64,000 nt of DNA, from the NCBI GenBank assembly GCA_032718475.1, contig JAUCBJ010002753.1:28499-92498 (forward strand), in the 5' to 3' direction. The notes beneath the pieces were generated by a model that saw nothing but the letters and a program-made list of their open reading frames with translations, was not told the origin of the DNA and searched no databases. Each line of letters begins with the position of its first letter. The stretch's first letter is position 1. Shown here piece after piece: positions 12,401-25,860 of the stretch. The translations under genes and the position numbers were made by a program. This DNA comes from Nemertoderma westbladi (lineage: Eukaryota > Animalia > Xenacoelomorpha).

Positions 12401-12687
12401 TGGTTCTACTATGGCATCTGATTAGTATCAAAGCCCAATATTTTTAAACATATTGAATTTTCATCACATAAATTCAATCAATATTGTGCAATTATTGATT
12501 CAATATTGAATTAATGTGTTGGCAGGTTGGGCAAATATTGAATCAATATGTTAACATGGTGGCGGGTCTGTCAATTACCGACCGAACCTGGGAAAGGACG
12601 AGTTGAAATAAGGTGAACATTGGAACATCCGACCGACCAGGCTAGCAGTAAGAAAAAGCCACAAAATAATATCGTACCAAAATCCCA

Positions 12688-12915
12688 TCTTGACGTAGTG
12701 GTTAAATCATATATCTTTAATTCACATATCTCCCCGGAGGTCGTGAGTTCGATCCCCGTATGGGGGCCAGGGTAGTTTTCGTACGAATGCTTTAAAGGTA
12801 CTAACCAGGGAGCATCTTTGTATTGCATCCTTAAATGGTAGCTAAATGAGTACTGGAGTTTCCTCTTGGGAGTATAGTTCTGGGGGGACCGCACTGGAAA
12901 TACGTCGCCAGTTTT
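12688..12915 (+). mobile_element. Degenerate tRNA-derived SINE
   Basis: A-box-like gacgtagtggtt (~12692), B-box-like gagttcgatccc (~12745), downstream taaatgagtactgg core-like motif. Confidence 0.5.
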
Positions 12916-13280
12916 TGTGGGTTATCTTTTTTTTTTAATTCGATTAAAGTAAGGGGATTGGGGTGTTAAATATTAAGGGCGATGGTATACAAACATGCTC
13001 TATATCACTCTTATCTTGGAATCACAATTCATTCATGTGATTCGATTATTCCAGAGGAAATAATTGTTTCTTAAAACTGTAACATAATTATTAACGGAAT
13101 TAATTCAGATTTATTTATTATATTGAAAAAAAAATAATTATCAATCTGCGAACACATGAATAGGATAAAATCTTTTTATTTTAAACTCATTATCTACATT
13201 AATAAATTATACTAAATCTTTATGTATATTTACGTGAGGTTTATTATATATAAAGCCAAAATATCTCGTTACATTACCAG

Positions 13281-13517
13281 GAGAAACGGGAATGGAGGGG
13301 CGAGTGCTACAGAAGTAGAGAGGGTCCGGCTAATCGCATGTCGACAATGATGCCTATGGATCAGGTTGAAGGTCGGTTAAGGGAGTCCGTGACCGCCCGC
13401 TTCTATAACTTCGTGCAGGCCTTCAACACTGTCGACTACGGCAGACTCGGTGTTGTCACCAGAGACGACTTCAGGGATGTCGTCAATAAAGTCGCTTTCC
13501 GAATCAGCGATGAACAG
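13281..13517 (+). CDS. EFCAB6: EFCAB6-like exon F (EKREWRG...AFNTVDYGRLGVVTRDDFR...ISDEQ)
   Basis: ccag acceptor, CAG|gtaaat donor, phase 0/0. Confidence 0.9.
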
Positions 13518-13732
13518 GTAAATCGTTTGAACTCACTTAGTGTGCGGAAAGTCCTGGTGCACTACCGGTATCAGTTGCACAGTAGGGAAACATAAACTAT
13601 TTATGTATTTTAATCCGACGTTCTATATTTCAGTTTGGGACATTCTATATTTTAATTCAAATTTTGCATTTTATTCTGACGTTTTGTATTTTAATACACG
13701 TTTGGTATTTTAATCTGGCGTTTTCTTTTCAG

Positions 13733-13936
13733 TTCGACGTTCTGTATTCCAAATTGCCGGTTAACGAGTTTGGTAATGTTGATTACATGGACTTCCTAAA
13801 GAGTTTCACAAACCGACCGCAAAGTTCCGCGTCGTCAGCAGCAGACAGTCGCCGGGTGGATAGCAGACAGTCCGGCCCTAGTAGGGGGCCGGACGAGCGG
13901 CCGAAAACGGCACAGGGATTAGTTAAACATGAAGAG
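13733..13936 (+). CDS. EFCAB6: EFCAB6-like exon G (FDVLYSKLPVNEFGNVDYMDFLKSF...KHEE)
   Basis: ttttcttttcag acceptor, GAG|gttagt donor. Confidence 0.88.
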
Positions 13937-14670
13937 GTTAGTTTGGTACGTGATCCTAGAGTTCAAATAGGGTGGAGCAATTCGATCACGAGTTAATGAT
14001 CTCGAGAAATTGGAATGAGGAAATTCATTGGATACACAATATAGAGTTGAGCGAGCATAAGCACTGAGCAGCCATTACATCTGATGTGCATTTTCCATAG
14101 AAATAATTACTCTTCCTGGTTTTTAACGTTGTGTATGATGATGTAATTAACAAGTGAGGTAATAACAAATTATTATTTTTATTTAAATAGTTATATCTAA
14201 TGGCCTAAGCCTATATCTCATTAGTTGTTTAGAATTAGTTCAAGCTGATACTTGGCAGAAATATTCTTACATTACTGCACCATGACCCGTAATATAGTGT
14301 CATTTTCTGATGATACGGACATCCCCCCCCCAAAAAAAAAAATTTATACAGATCTTTATCGTATTGCTTGAAATGTGAAACACAATAATCAATTTAGCAA
14401 CCACAATGTGACTACTCAAAATAGAATAACAATTTATAATTTATAATAATAATATTTATACACATATAGGAGATAAGATAAATAAAGCACAGGGCTAAAA
14501 AGTTAGTGGCTGAAAATGGACAAACAGACAGACAGACCGACATATAGCAAACCCTTGAATCTACTGACAAGTCAGTAAAGTGCACTGTCCAGACCCGGCC
14601 GCGCTGCCTTGCTCTGTCTCCAAGACCAAGTTACATGTATCTGAAATATCATTTCCATTTGCTTCTCTAG

Positions 14671-14953
14671 AATGGAACGGCTTTACCTGAACGACCGGAG
14701 ACGGCTGCTTCTAGCAGCTCGCGGCCACACACAGCGGGACTTCGTCCCAGTGCTGGGCCCTGTCCCTGCACCGGGTCCCGTCCCAGTAAAGGTTACCGTC
14801 CCGTATCCCACGCCACAGATACGTTAGTGGATGCGGAGAATACAGAGTCGGCGCTAAAGGAGAAAGTATGTAAGAACTGGAAAGCGATCAAGGCTCAGTG
14901 TCGCAACCACGACGTAGATGTTACTGGGGAGATCGATGTGAAACAATTCCAAG
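14671..14953 (+). CDS. EFCAB6: EFCAB6-like exon H (NGTALPERPETA...NWKAIKAQCRNHDVDVTGEIDVKQFQ); not in ORF track
   Basis: cttctctag acceptor, open frame translated by hand, G|gtttgt donor, phase 1 matches exon I. Confidence 0.85.
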
Positions 14954-14995
14954 GTTTGTATTAATTTATAATAGTTATATAATTACAGTAATTGG

Positions 14996-17900
14996 CAAAC
15001 AGCGCTATGTAGCAGGATCAAACAGCGCTATGTAGCAGGATCAAACAGCGCTATGTAGCAGGATCAAACAGCGCATGTAGCAGGATCAAACAGCGCTATG
15101 TAGCAGGATCAAACAGCGCATGTAGCAAGATCAAACAGCGCTACGTAGCAGCATCCAACAGCGCATGTAGCCGGATCAAACAACGCTATGTAGCAGGATC
15201 AAACAGCGCTATGTAGCAGGATCAAACAGCGCTATGTAGTAGAATCCAACAGCGCATGTAGCAGGATCAAACAGCGCATGTAGCAGGATCAAACAGCGCT
15301 ATGTAGCAGGATCAAACAGCGCTATGTAGCAGGATCAAACAGCGCTATGTAGCAGGGTCAAACAGCGCATGTAGCAGGATCAAACAGCGCATGTAGCAAG
15401 ATCAAACAGCGCTACGTAGCAGCATCCAACAGCGCATGTAGCAGGATCAAACAACGCTATGTAGCAGGATCAAACAGCGCTATGTAGCAGGATCAAACAG
15501 CGCTATGTAGTAGAATCCAACAGCGCATGTAGCAGGATCAAACAGCGCATGTAGCAGGATCAAACAGCGCTATGTAGCAGGATCAAACAGCGCTATGTAG
15601 CAGGATCAAACAGCGCTATGTAGCAGGATCCAACAGCGCATGTAGCAGGATCAAACAACGCTATGTAGCAGGATCAAACAGCGCTATGTAGCAGGATCAA
15701 ACAGCGCTATGTAGTAGAATCCAACAGCGCATGTAGCAGGATCAAACATCGCATGTAGCAGGATCAAACAGCGCTATGTAGCAGGATCAAACAGCGCCAT
15801 GTAGCAGGATCAAACTGCGCATGTAGCAGGATCAAACAGCGCTATGTAGCAGGATCAAACAACGCTATGTAGCAGGATCAAACAGCGCTATGTAGCAGGA
15901 TCAAACAGCGCTATGTAGTAGAATCCAACAGCGCGTTGTAGCAGGATCAAACAGCGCATGTAGCAGGATCAAACAGCGCTATGTAGCAGGATCAAACAGC
16001 GCTATGTAGCAGGATCAAACAGCGCTATGTAGCAGGATCAAACACCGCTATGTAGCAGGATCAAACAGCGCTATGTAGCAGGATCAAACAGCGCATGTAG
16101 CAGGATCAAACAGCGCTATGTAGCAGGATCAAACAGCGCTATGTAGCAGGATCAAACAGCGCTATGTAGCAGGATCAAAGAGCGCATGTAGCAAGATCAA
16201 ACAGCGCAATGTAGCAGGATCCAACAGCGCATGTAGCAGGATCAAACAACGCTATGTAGCAGGATCAAACAGCGCTAATTAGCAGGATCAAACAGCGCTA
16301 TGTAGTAGAATCCAACAGCGCATGTAGCAGGATCAAACAGCGCATGTAGCAGGATCAAACAGCGCTATGTAGCAGGATCAAACAGCACTATGTAGCAGGA
16401 TCAAACAGCGCTATGTAGCAGGATCAAACAGCGCTATGTAGCAGGATCAAACAGCGTTATGTAGCAGGATCAAACAGCGTTATGTAGCAGGATCAAACAG
16501 CGCTATGTAGCAGGATCAAACAGCGCTATGTAGCAGGATCAAACAGCGCTATGTAGCAGGATCAAACAGCGCTATGTAGCAGGATCAAACAGCGCTATGT
16601 AGTAGGATCAAACAGCGCTATGTAGCAGGATCAAACAGCGCTATGTAGCAGAATCAAACAGCGTTATGTAGCAGGATCAAACAGCGCTATGTAGCAGGAT
16701 CAAACAGCGTTATGTAGCAGGATCAAACAGCGTTATGTAGCAGGATCAAACAGCGCTATGTAGCAGGATCAAACAGCGCTATGTAGCAGGATCAAACAGC
16801 GTTATGTAGCAGGATCAAACAGCGTTATGTAGCAGGATCAAACAGCGCTATGTAGCAGGATCAAACAGCGCTATGTAGCAGGATCAAACAGCGCTATGTA
16901 GCAGGATCAAACAGCGCTATGTAGCAGGATCAAACAGCGCTATGTAGCAGGATCAAACAGCGCTATGTAGCAGGATCAAACAGCGCTATGTAGCAGGATC
17001 AAACAGCGCTATGTAGCAGGATCAAACAGCGCTATGTAGCAGGATCAAACAGCGCTATGTAGCAGGATCAAACAGCGCTATGTAGCAGGATCAAACAGCG
17101 CTATGTAGTAGAATCCAACAGCGCATGTAGCAGGATCAAACAGCGTTATGTAGCAGGATCAAACAGCGTTATGTAGCAGGATCAAACAGCGCTATGTAGC
17201 AGGATCAAACAGCGCTATGTAGCAGGATCAAACAGCGCTATGTAGCAGGATCAAACAGCGCTATGTAGCAGGATCAAACAGCGCTATGTAGCAGGATCAA
17301 ACAGCGCTATGTAGCAGGATCAAACAGCGCTATGTAGCAGGATCAAACAGCGCTATGTAGCAGGAGCAAACAGCGCTATGTAGCAGGATCAAACAGCGTT
17401 ATGTAGCAGGATCAAACAGCGTTATGTAGCAGGATCAAACAGCGCTATGTAGCAGGATCAAACAGCGCTATGTAGCAGGATCAAACAGCGCTATGTAGCA
17501 GGATCAAACAGCGCTATGTAGTAGGATCAAACACCGCTATGTAGCAGGATCAAACAGCGCTATGTAGCAGGATCAAACAGCGCTATGTAGTAGGATCAAA
17601 CACCGCTATGTAGCAGGATCAAACAGCGCTATGTAGCAGGATCAAACAGCGCTATGTAGCAGGATCAAACAGCGCTATGTAGTAGGATCAAACAGCGCTA
17701 TGTAGTAGGATCAAACAGCGCTATGTAGCAGGATCAAACAGCGTTATGTAGCAGGATCAAACAGCGTTATGTAGCAGGATCAAACAGCGCTATGTAGCAG
17801 GATCAAACAGCGCTATGTAGCAGAATCAAACAGCGTTATGTAGCAGGATCAAACAGCGCTATGTAGCAGGATCAAACAGCGCTATGTAGTAGGATCAAAC

Positions 17901-19243
17901 AGCGCTATGTAGCAGGATCAAACAGCGCTATGTAGCAGGATCAAACAGCGCTATGTAGCAGGATCAAACAGCGCTATGTAGCAGGATCAAACAGCGCTAT
18001 GTAGTAGGATCAAACAGCGCTATGTAGCAGGATCAAACAGCGCTATGTAGCAGAATCAAACAGCGTTATGTAGCAGGATCAAACAGCGCTATGTAGCAGG
18101 ATCAAACAGCGCTATGTAGCAGGATCAAACAGCGCTATGTAGCAGAATCAAACAGCGTTATGTAGCAGGATCAAACAGCGCTATGTAGCAGGATCAAACA
18201 GCGCTATGTAGTAGGATCAAACAGCGCTATGTAGCAGGATCAAACAGCGCTATGTAGCAGGATCAAACAGCGCTATGTAGCAGGATCAAACAGCGCTATG
18301 TAGCAGGATGAAACAGCGCTATGTAGCAGGATCAAACAGCGCTATGTAGCAGGATCAAACAGCGCTATGTAGCAGAATCAAACAGCGTTATGTAGCAGGA
18401 TCAAACAGCGCTATGTAGCAGGATCAAACAGCGCTATGTAGCAGGATCAAACAGCGCTATGTAGCAGGATCAAACAGCGCTATATAGCAGGATCAAACAG
18501 CGCTATGTAGTAGGATCAAACAGCGCTATGTAGCAGGATCAAACAGCGCTATGTAGCAGGATCAAACAGCGCTATGTAGCAGGATCAAACAGCGCTATGT
18601 AGCAGGATCAAACAGCGCTATGTAGCAGAATCAAACAGCGCTATGTAGCAGGATCAAACAGCGCTATGTAGCAGGATCAAACAGCGCTATGTAGCAGGAT
18701 CAAACAGCGCTATGTAGCAGGATCAAACAGCGCTATGTAGCAGGATCAAACAGCGCTATGTAGCAGGATCAAACAGCGCTATGTAGCAGGATCAAACAGC
18801 GCTATGTAGCAGGATCAAACAGCGCTATGTAGCAGGATCAAACAGCGCTATGTAGCAGGATCAAACAGCGCTATGTAGCACGATACAACAGCGCTATGTA
18901 GCAGGATCAAACAGCGCTATGTAGCAGGATCAAACAGCGCTATGTAGCAGGATCAAACAGCGCTATGTAGCAGGATCAAACAGCGCTATGTAGCAGGATC
19001 AAACAGCGCTATGTAGCAGGATCAAACAGCGCTATGTAGCAGGATACAACAGCGCTATGTAGCAGGATCAAACAGCGCTATGTAGCAGGATCAAACAGCG
19101 CTATGTAGCAGGATCAAACAGCGTTATGTAGCAGGATCAAACAGCGCTATATAGCAGGATCAAACAGCGCTATGTAGCAGGATCAAACAGCGCTATGTAG
19201 CAGGATCAAGCAGCGTTATGTAGCAGGATCAAACAGCGCTATA
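14996..19243. repeat. 23 bp minisatellite (CAAACAGCGCTATGTAGCAGGAT), ~185 copies, filling most of an intron
   Basis: Direct periodicity; 22 bp variants mainly in the 5' part. Confidence 0.97.
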
Positions 19244-19465
19244 TAGTATAATGTGTAGCATAATGAATATTTTGTGGATGATTATGTTGGTATAGCAATA
19301 AAACTGTGAGAACTAAAAATAAAGTTAATTTTAAATAATATAATTTTTTTCTATGTTTTTTGTCTAATAATTAATTATAGTTTAATTAATAGGTTTATGA
19401 TATTATTATAATTTTATTTTTTATGTTGTTAAATTTTCTTGCACGTTTATTTTTGCAATTGGTAG

Positions 19466-19653
19466 ATATTATGGAATCTTTCAACGTTTATCTGCCACGA
19501 GATGAGTACAGCCGTTTATCCGATATGTACGATGTTAACTCTACCGGTAGGTTCAACTACCTCAACTTCCTCAAACACTTTGTTATTCATCTGAAGGAGA
19601 AGGAATGGAAGTCGCACCCAACCCGTGGGAAACTTTATACACCGAAAGAAAAG
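19466..19653 (+). CDS. EFCAB6: EFCAB6-like exon I (DIMESFNVYL...YDVNSTGRFNYLNFLKHF...KEK)
   Basis: gtag acceptor, AAG|gtgaga donor, EF-hand-like loop. Confidence 0.88.
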
Positions 19654-19853
19654 GTGAGACTTTAATTATCTGTTGTTGTTTGTTTGTTACAATGTCAGCT
19701 TGTTTCGGCTAAGTATTTAAAGTAATGTATTTCAGCTTTATTTAACTGTGAACTGTATTCACCTCTAAGTATTTAAATTTTATCTGCGATCGAGCTATGT
19801 ATTTAATTCCTAATTTTATTTCAGATAAGTATTTAACTTTTTATTTGTTTCAG

Positions 19854-20135
19854 TTGACCTCAGGCGGCCCCGACTCTGATGAGTTATATGACGTGATGGT
19901 GCGGCTGCGGGAATCGGTGGTCGGACAGTGGAAGCGAATGAGACGGACTTTCCGAACGCACGACGTTCGCGTAACGGGATACGTTACCGGGACACAATTC
20001 CGTAACGTTATGAAACAGTACGGGGTTAACCTGACCGAAGACGAACTCTTTCATCTGATGACGTACTACGACAACGACCTCAGTGGTAGACTGCCTTACA
20101 ACGACTTTCTGCGAGCATTCCTAGCTAATACTTAG
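19854..20135 (+). CDS. EFCAB6: EFCAB6-like terminal coding exon ending YNDFLRAFLANT*
   Basis: tttcag acceptor; C-terminal EF-hand pair; YNDFLRAFL matches the EFCAB6 C-terminus as I recall it. Confidence 0.9.
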   Translation: MTSGGPDSDELYDVMVRLRESVVGQWKRMRRTFRTHDVRVTGYVTGTQFRNVMKQYGVNLTEDELFHLMTYYDNDLSGRLPYNDFLRAFLANT

Positions 20136-20990
20136 TTTATCGCCAGTCTGCATTATCTACCCCACATGGTAAAACTTACGATACGCACGTTTCTAATTGG
20201 GGTGCGACCGCGGCCGATTTTAATAGTAAATAATTAGTACCTGGGTTAACAAATTTACTGCAAACTATTTTCCTTAAAACAACTTAAATTTGTTGTTTTG
20301 GTTAGCCCGCAATTTCTTTTTCCACCAGCTCCTTTTCCCTTGATAGTTACTATAAATAGTGATTAACGGAAGTGAGAATTGAGAAACGGAATTCAATTGA
20401 ACCAGAAGTCAATTGAACCCGAAGTTGCACCCCAATTGGAAAGTTGCTTACCGTACATCATATGACTCAATAACTCATTTCCGTTTTTGGTGGATTGTTT
20501 TTGTGTTTAAAAAATGTAGTTAATTCTTTACCCAATTTGAATTTAATAATTTTATCATTTGAGTCTATCCATGTCAACGCTTGTTGTTTTGGTTTTGTTT
20601 GTCAAATTATATTTTGAATATTTAAAGTGATAGTTGAATTTAAAACCACATTGTATAACTGATAATTTCTCAAATTTCCCTTAAACGACCCCAACCACTC
20701 AATCCACAAAGTTACTTTATTTAAACTTTATAATCTTATTTTTTATAAAACAACCCAAAACGGATTATTGAGTCATAATTAATGTCTATCATTTCGTACT
20801 TCTTTCTTATTTTTTTTTAGATGAACAAATTTAACTTACAGTACTTGATAAAACTCATCAATCATTGACTGTCTATTAATTAATTAAGTTATAATATTTT
20901 AACTTTGATTTATATTTTTATTTAATTGTTATTTTGTTTTTATAATTTTAGGAAGTTATCTTGATGCTACTTTGACATAAAAGGGCTGTC

Positions 20991-20996
20991 AATAAA
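20991..20996 (+). promoter_or_regulatory. Candidate polyadenylation signal AATAAA for the EFCAB6-like gene
   Basis: AATAAA ~860 nt after the stop, followed by T-rich sequence. Confidence 0.4.
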
Positions 20997-21090
20997 TATA
21001 TAAGTTATTCATGTAAAATCTATTCTTTTTATATAAGTTTCGTGATTCGAATACATACCATATTACTTATCGTTCACGATTCGTACCGCT

Positions 21091-23381
21091 GACAGTGTAT
21101 CCTTGTGGCTGTATCCAGGTACAGTGTATCCTCGGCCCTGTGCCTGTGTCCATGTACAGTGTATCCTTGGGCCTGTGTCCATGTCCAATGTATCCTTAGG
21201 TCTGTGTCCAGGTACAGTGTATGCTTGGGCCTGTGTCCATGTCTAGTGTATCCTTAACCTTGAATCCAGGTTCAGTGTATCCTTGTACCTGTATCCACGT
21301 ACAGTGTATCCTTTGGCCTTTGTCCAGGTACAGTGTATCCTTGGTCCTGTGTCCAGGTCCAGTGTATGCTGGGGCCAATGTTCAGGTACAGTGTATCCTT
21401 GGGCCTGTGTTCAGGTACAGTGTATCCTTGGGCCAGAGTCCAGATACAGTGTATCCTTGGGCAGAGTCCAGGTACAGTGTATCCTTGGGCCAATGTCCAG
21501 TTACAGTGTATCATTGGGCCTGAGGTCAGGTACAGTGTATCCTTGTGCCTGTATCCACGTACGGTGTATCCTTGGGCATGTGTCCCGGTACAGTGTATAC
21601 TTGTGCCTGTGTTCAGGTACAGTGTATCTTTGTTCCTGTGTCCAGGTACAGTGTATCCTTGGGCCTGAGTCCAGGTACAGTGTATACTTGTGCCGGTGTC
21701 CAGGTACAGTGTATCCGTGTGCCTGTGTCCAGATACAGTGTATCCTTGGGCCTGTGTCCAGGTACAGTGTATCCTTGGGCCAATGTTCAGGTACAGTGTA
21801 TCCCTGTGCCTGTGTCCAGGTTCAGTGTATCCCCCTTATGCCTGTGTCCAGGTACAGTGTATACTTGTGCCTGTGTCCAGGTACCGATACAATGTATCCT
21901 TGGGTCTGTGTCCAGGTACAGTGTATCCTTGTGCATGTGTCCAGGTACAGTGTATCCTTGTACCTGTGTCCAGGTACCGATACAATGTATCCTTGGGCCT
22001 GTGTCAGGTACAGTGTATCCTTGGGCCTGTGTACAGGTACAGTGTATCCTTGGGCGTGTCCAGGTACAGTGTATCCTTGTGCCTGTGTCCAGGTACAGTG
22101 TATCCCCCTTGTGCCTGTGTCCAGGTACAGTGTATCCTTGTGCCTGTGTCCAGGTACCGATACAATGTATCCTTGGGCCTGTGTCCAGGTACAGTGTATC
22201 CTTGTGCCCTGTGCCTGTGTCCAGGTTCAGTGTATCCCCCTTGTGCCTGTGTCCAGGTACAGTGTATACTTGTGACTGTGTCCAGGTACCGATACAATGT
22301 ATCCTTGGGCCTGTGTCCAGGTACAGTGTATCCTTGTGCCTGTGTCCAGGTACAGTGTATCCTTGTGCCTGTCTCCAGGTACCGATACAATGTATCCTTG
22401 GGCCTGTGTCAGGTACAGTGTATCCTTGGGCCTGTGTCCAGGTACAGGTTATCCTTGTGCCTGTGTCCAGGTATAGTGTATCCTTGGGCCTTTGTCCAGG
22501 TACAGTGTATCCTTGTGCCTGTGTCCAGGTACAGTGTATCCGTGTGCCTGTGTCCAGGTACCGGTACAATGTATCCTTGGGCCTGTGTCCAGGTACAATG
22601 TATCCTTGGGCGTGTGTCCAGGTACAGTGTATCCTTAGGCCTGTGTCCAGGTACAGTGTATCCTTGTGCCTGTGTCCAGGTACAGTGTATCCTTGTGCCT
22701 GTGTCCAGGTACAGTGTATCCTTGGGACTGTGTCCAGGTACAGTGTATCCTTGTGCCTGTGTTCAGGTACAGTGTATCCTTAGGCCTGTGTCCAGGTACA
22801 GTGTATCCTTGTGCCTGTGTCCAGGTACAGTGTATCCTTGGGCCTGTGTCCAGGTACAGTGTATCCTTGTGCCTGTGTCCAGGTACAGTGTATCCTCGGA
22901 CCTGTGTCCAGGTACAGTGTATCCTTGTGCCTGTGTCTAGGTACAGTGTATCCTTGTGCCTGTGTCCAGGTACCGGTACAGTGTATCCTTGGGCCTGTGT
23001 CCAGGTACAGTGTATCCTTGTGCCTGTGTCCAGGTACAGTGTATCCTTGTGCCTGTGTCCAGGTACAGTGTATCCTTGGGACTGTGTCCAGGTACAGTGT
23101 ATCCTTGTGCCTGTGTTCAGGTACAGTGTATCCTTAGGCCTGTGTCCAGGTACAGTGTATCCTTGTGCCTGTGTCCAGGTACAGTGTATCCTTGGGCCTG
23201 TGTCCAGGTACAGTGTATCCTTGTGCCTGTGTCCAGGTACAGTGTATCCTCGGACCTGTGTCCAGGTACAGTGTATCCTTGTGCCTGTGTCTAGGTACAG
23301 TGTATCCTTGTGCCTGTGTCCAGGTACCGGTACAGTGTATCCTTGGGCCTGTGTCCAGGTACAGTGTATCCTTGGGCCTGT
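21091..23381. repeat. 29 bp minisatellite (CCAGGTACAGTGTATCCTTG[T/G]GCCTGTGT), ~78 copies
   Basis: Period 29; more diverged at the 5' end; source of the Cys/Val-rich spurious ORFs. Confidence 0.97.
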
Positions 23382-24039
23382 AACTAGGTTTTTAGTGTAT
23401 CATTGGGAAAGGGTTAAGGTAATGAAGAGCCAAAGGCGGTTCTCTAGTTTGCAGAAATGTGGACAACCAGGAAAGTTTCCTTTCAATTTGGGTTTAATGG
23501 CTTTGAATAACGCCTCTTTCATTATCTATATAACAATCAATGTCTATTCATATCAATGGCCGTAAGGCCAACACTATTTCCCGTCATTATGAGTGAAAGG
23601 AAAACCAACCCCATGCGAGGGAGTGCCGCATACATTAGGGCCGGCCAACCCAGTATAACACAATGGCTTGGGGCTGCGTTACAAACCCTATGCAACCGCG
23701 TGGATCCACTTTCAATAGATGTGCCGTTATAGTATTGTTGAGCTGATAATGAGATCCAGCCCCATGATCCACTAATGGAAGTGAGATCAATGAACCATCC
23801 CTATCAGAAAGGCCTTTAATGTAGTCCAATATGCCTATTTTTTATCGGTTATAGATATTATTGCTAATAATGTAGCTTAGCGTAATTAATGGTTTTCTTT
23901 TGGCGACCCCCCCCATGCTGCGTTGAGAGTATATCACTAATTATTGTCAAGTTGGCGTAAAATAAGTCGTGAAATAAAGTATTTAATGTGTTCCTATTGT
24001 TTTGCATTGTAGACTAACGGCGAGTTATATGTCATGGAT

Positions 24040-25860
24040 CATTAAAACCGAACAAACCAACAACCGAAAAAATTAACAAGGTTGAGAAAGCTAAGGACGA
24101 TCTTAAATTGGCCTACAACATCAGCCAGGAAAAGTACATACAGGATAAAATTGAAGCAATTACAACTGCTCACATACAGCAACAATCAAAACTTACCCGG
24201 CAAACTGTAAATGAGGTATCTGGTCGGAAAAGTTGTGCAAAGGGGCGCCTCAAAACCGATAGTCCTGAAGAACGTGTTGGGAAGTGGAAAAATCACTTCA
24301 GCAACTTGCTTGGGCAGCCACCAAACTTCGAGGTCAGCCCTACAAGGAAAATATATGACAAGACACTACCTATAGAAACAGGGGACTTCACACCTGCCGA
24401 ACTCCAAAGAAGCATTAAAAGCATGTCCAATAATAAAGCGAGTGGATTAGATGAAATCCCAGCGGAGGTATGGAAAACCGGAGTGCTAAACAGACCATTA
24501 TTGAATGTCTGCAACCGGATGTGAAAAGGGGAAAAGCCTCCACCAATTTGGACTAAAGGTCAACTAAAGCCTCTCCCCAAGAAAGGAGACCTCGGTATAC
24601 CAACAAACTATCGTGGGGTCTGTCTGCTTGTGGTAGCTGCCTAAATATACAATAAAATGATTCTATATAGGATTAGGCCTCACATGAGAAACTACTGCGT
24701 AAGAGCCAAAACGGATTTCTACCAAATAGATCAACAATAGCTCAGATACTTGCACTACGGAGACTGATTGAAGGAATTAAGTCAAAGAATCTCCCCGCAG
24801 TCTTGATTTCAAGAAGGCATTCGACACCATCCATAGAGGTAAAATGCTTGAAATCCTAAGAGCTTATGGAATACCAGAAGTAGTTATTGCTGGCATTGGA
24901 TTGTTATATTGTGACACAGAAGCGCAGGTACTCTCACCAGAGGCTGAAACTGAGTTTTTCTCAATCCTGGCTGGGGTACTGCAAGGTGACACATTAACAC
25001 CATTACTATTTGTATTTGTGCTGGATTACGCAATGAGGACGGCCACAAAGGGTGAAGATCTGGGATTCACACTTCAAGAACGCAGAAGTAGTAGATATCC
25101 GGCAACTACAGTCACAGACACTGACTTTGCGGATGACATCGCCCTGCTCTCTAATACGCTAGCAGATGCACAGCTTCTACTAAATAAAGTGGAGAGGGCT
25201 GCTGAGGAGGTTGGATTGCATATAAATGCTACCAAGACCGAATGCATGACCTTTAATGTTGATGGAAACTTGACAACCATTGATAATAATCAACTAAGGA
25301 AGGTCGACGACTTCCAGTACCTTGGATCATGAATAGAGAGTAGCAACAAGGACATAGAAGTTAGGAAAGCAGAGGCTTGGGTAGCTCTATCAAAAATGGA
25401 TACCATCTGGAAATCAGATCTCTCCAGGCACCTGAAGACTAAGTTATTTCTAGTCACAGGGGAAAGTGTATTTTTATACGGGGGTGAGACCTGGACACTG
25501 CCTAAATCACTACGCAAGACTACTAAGGGCAGCCCTAAACATCAGCTGGAGACAACACATGACAAACGCCGAGCTTTATGGTACAATACCACCTGTATCA
25601 ACCACACTCCGTGAACGCAGATTAAGATTCAGTGGGCACTGCTGGCGAAGTAAAGACGAGGTCATACCAGATCTACTTCGCTGGCAACCAACTCAAGGAA
25701 AGCGTAGTCGTGGACGACCGGCCATAACATATATAGATCAACTTGAAAGGGATACTGAACTTGGGAGAAACGAAATTGCGACAACTATGGAGAATCGGGA
25801 AGCCTGGAAGATCTCATTTCCACTGTCCGAGTTCGCTCGACCTAGTAGTAGTAGTAGTAT
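24040..25860 (+). mobile_element. 5'-truncated, inactivated RTE-clade LINE with (AGT)n tail
   Basis: KASGLDEIPAEVWK, GVLQGDTLTPLLF, FADD, FQYLGS, RRLRFSGHCWR, RGRP motifs over several frames with stops; tagtagtagtagtagt at ~25843-25858. Confidence 0.93.

Noticed and set aside
12688-12765. tRNA gene
   Set aside because: A/B-box-like motifs are present but I could not fold a cloverleaf; better explained as a SINE head
1-23381. CRISPR-like appearance of the 23-41 bp repeats
   Set aside because: Units are head-to-tail with no unique spacers, there are no cas genes, and the context is a spliced eukaryotic gene
21196-23565. Long Cys/Val/Pro-rich ORFs (up to 416 aa)
   Set aside because: Open in several frames on both strands because the 29 bp unit lacks stops
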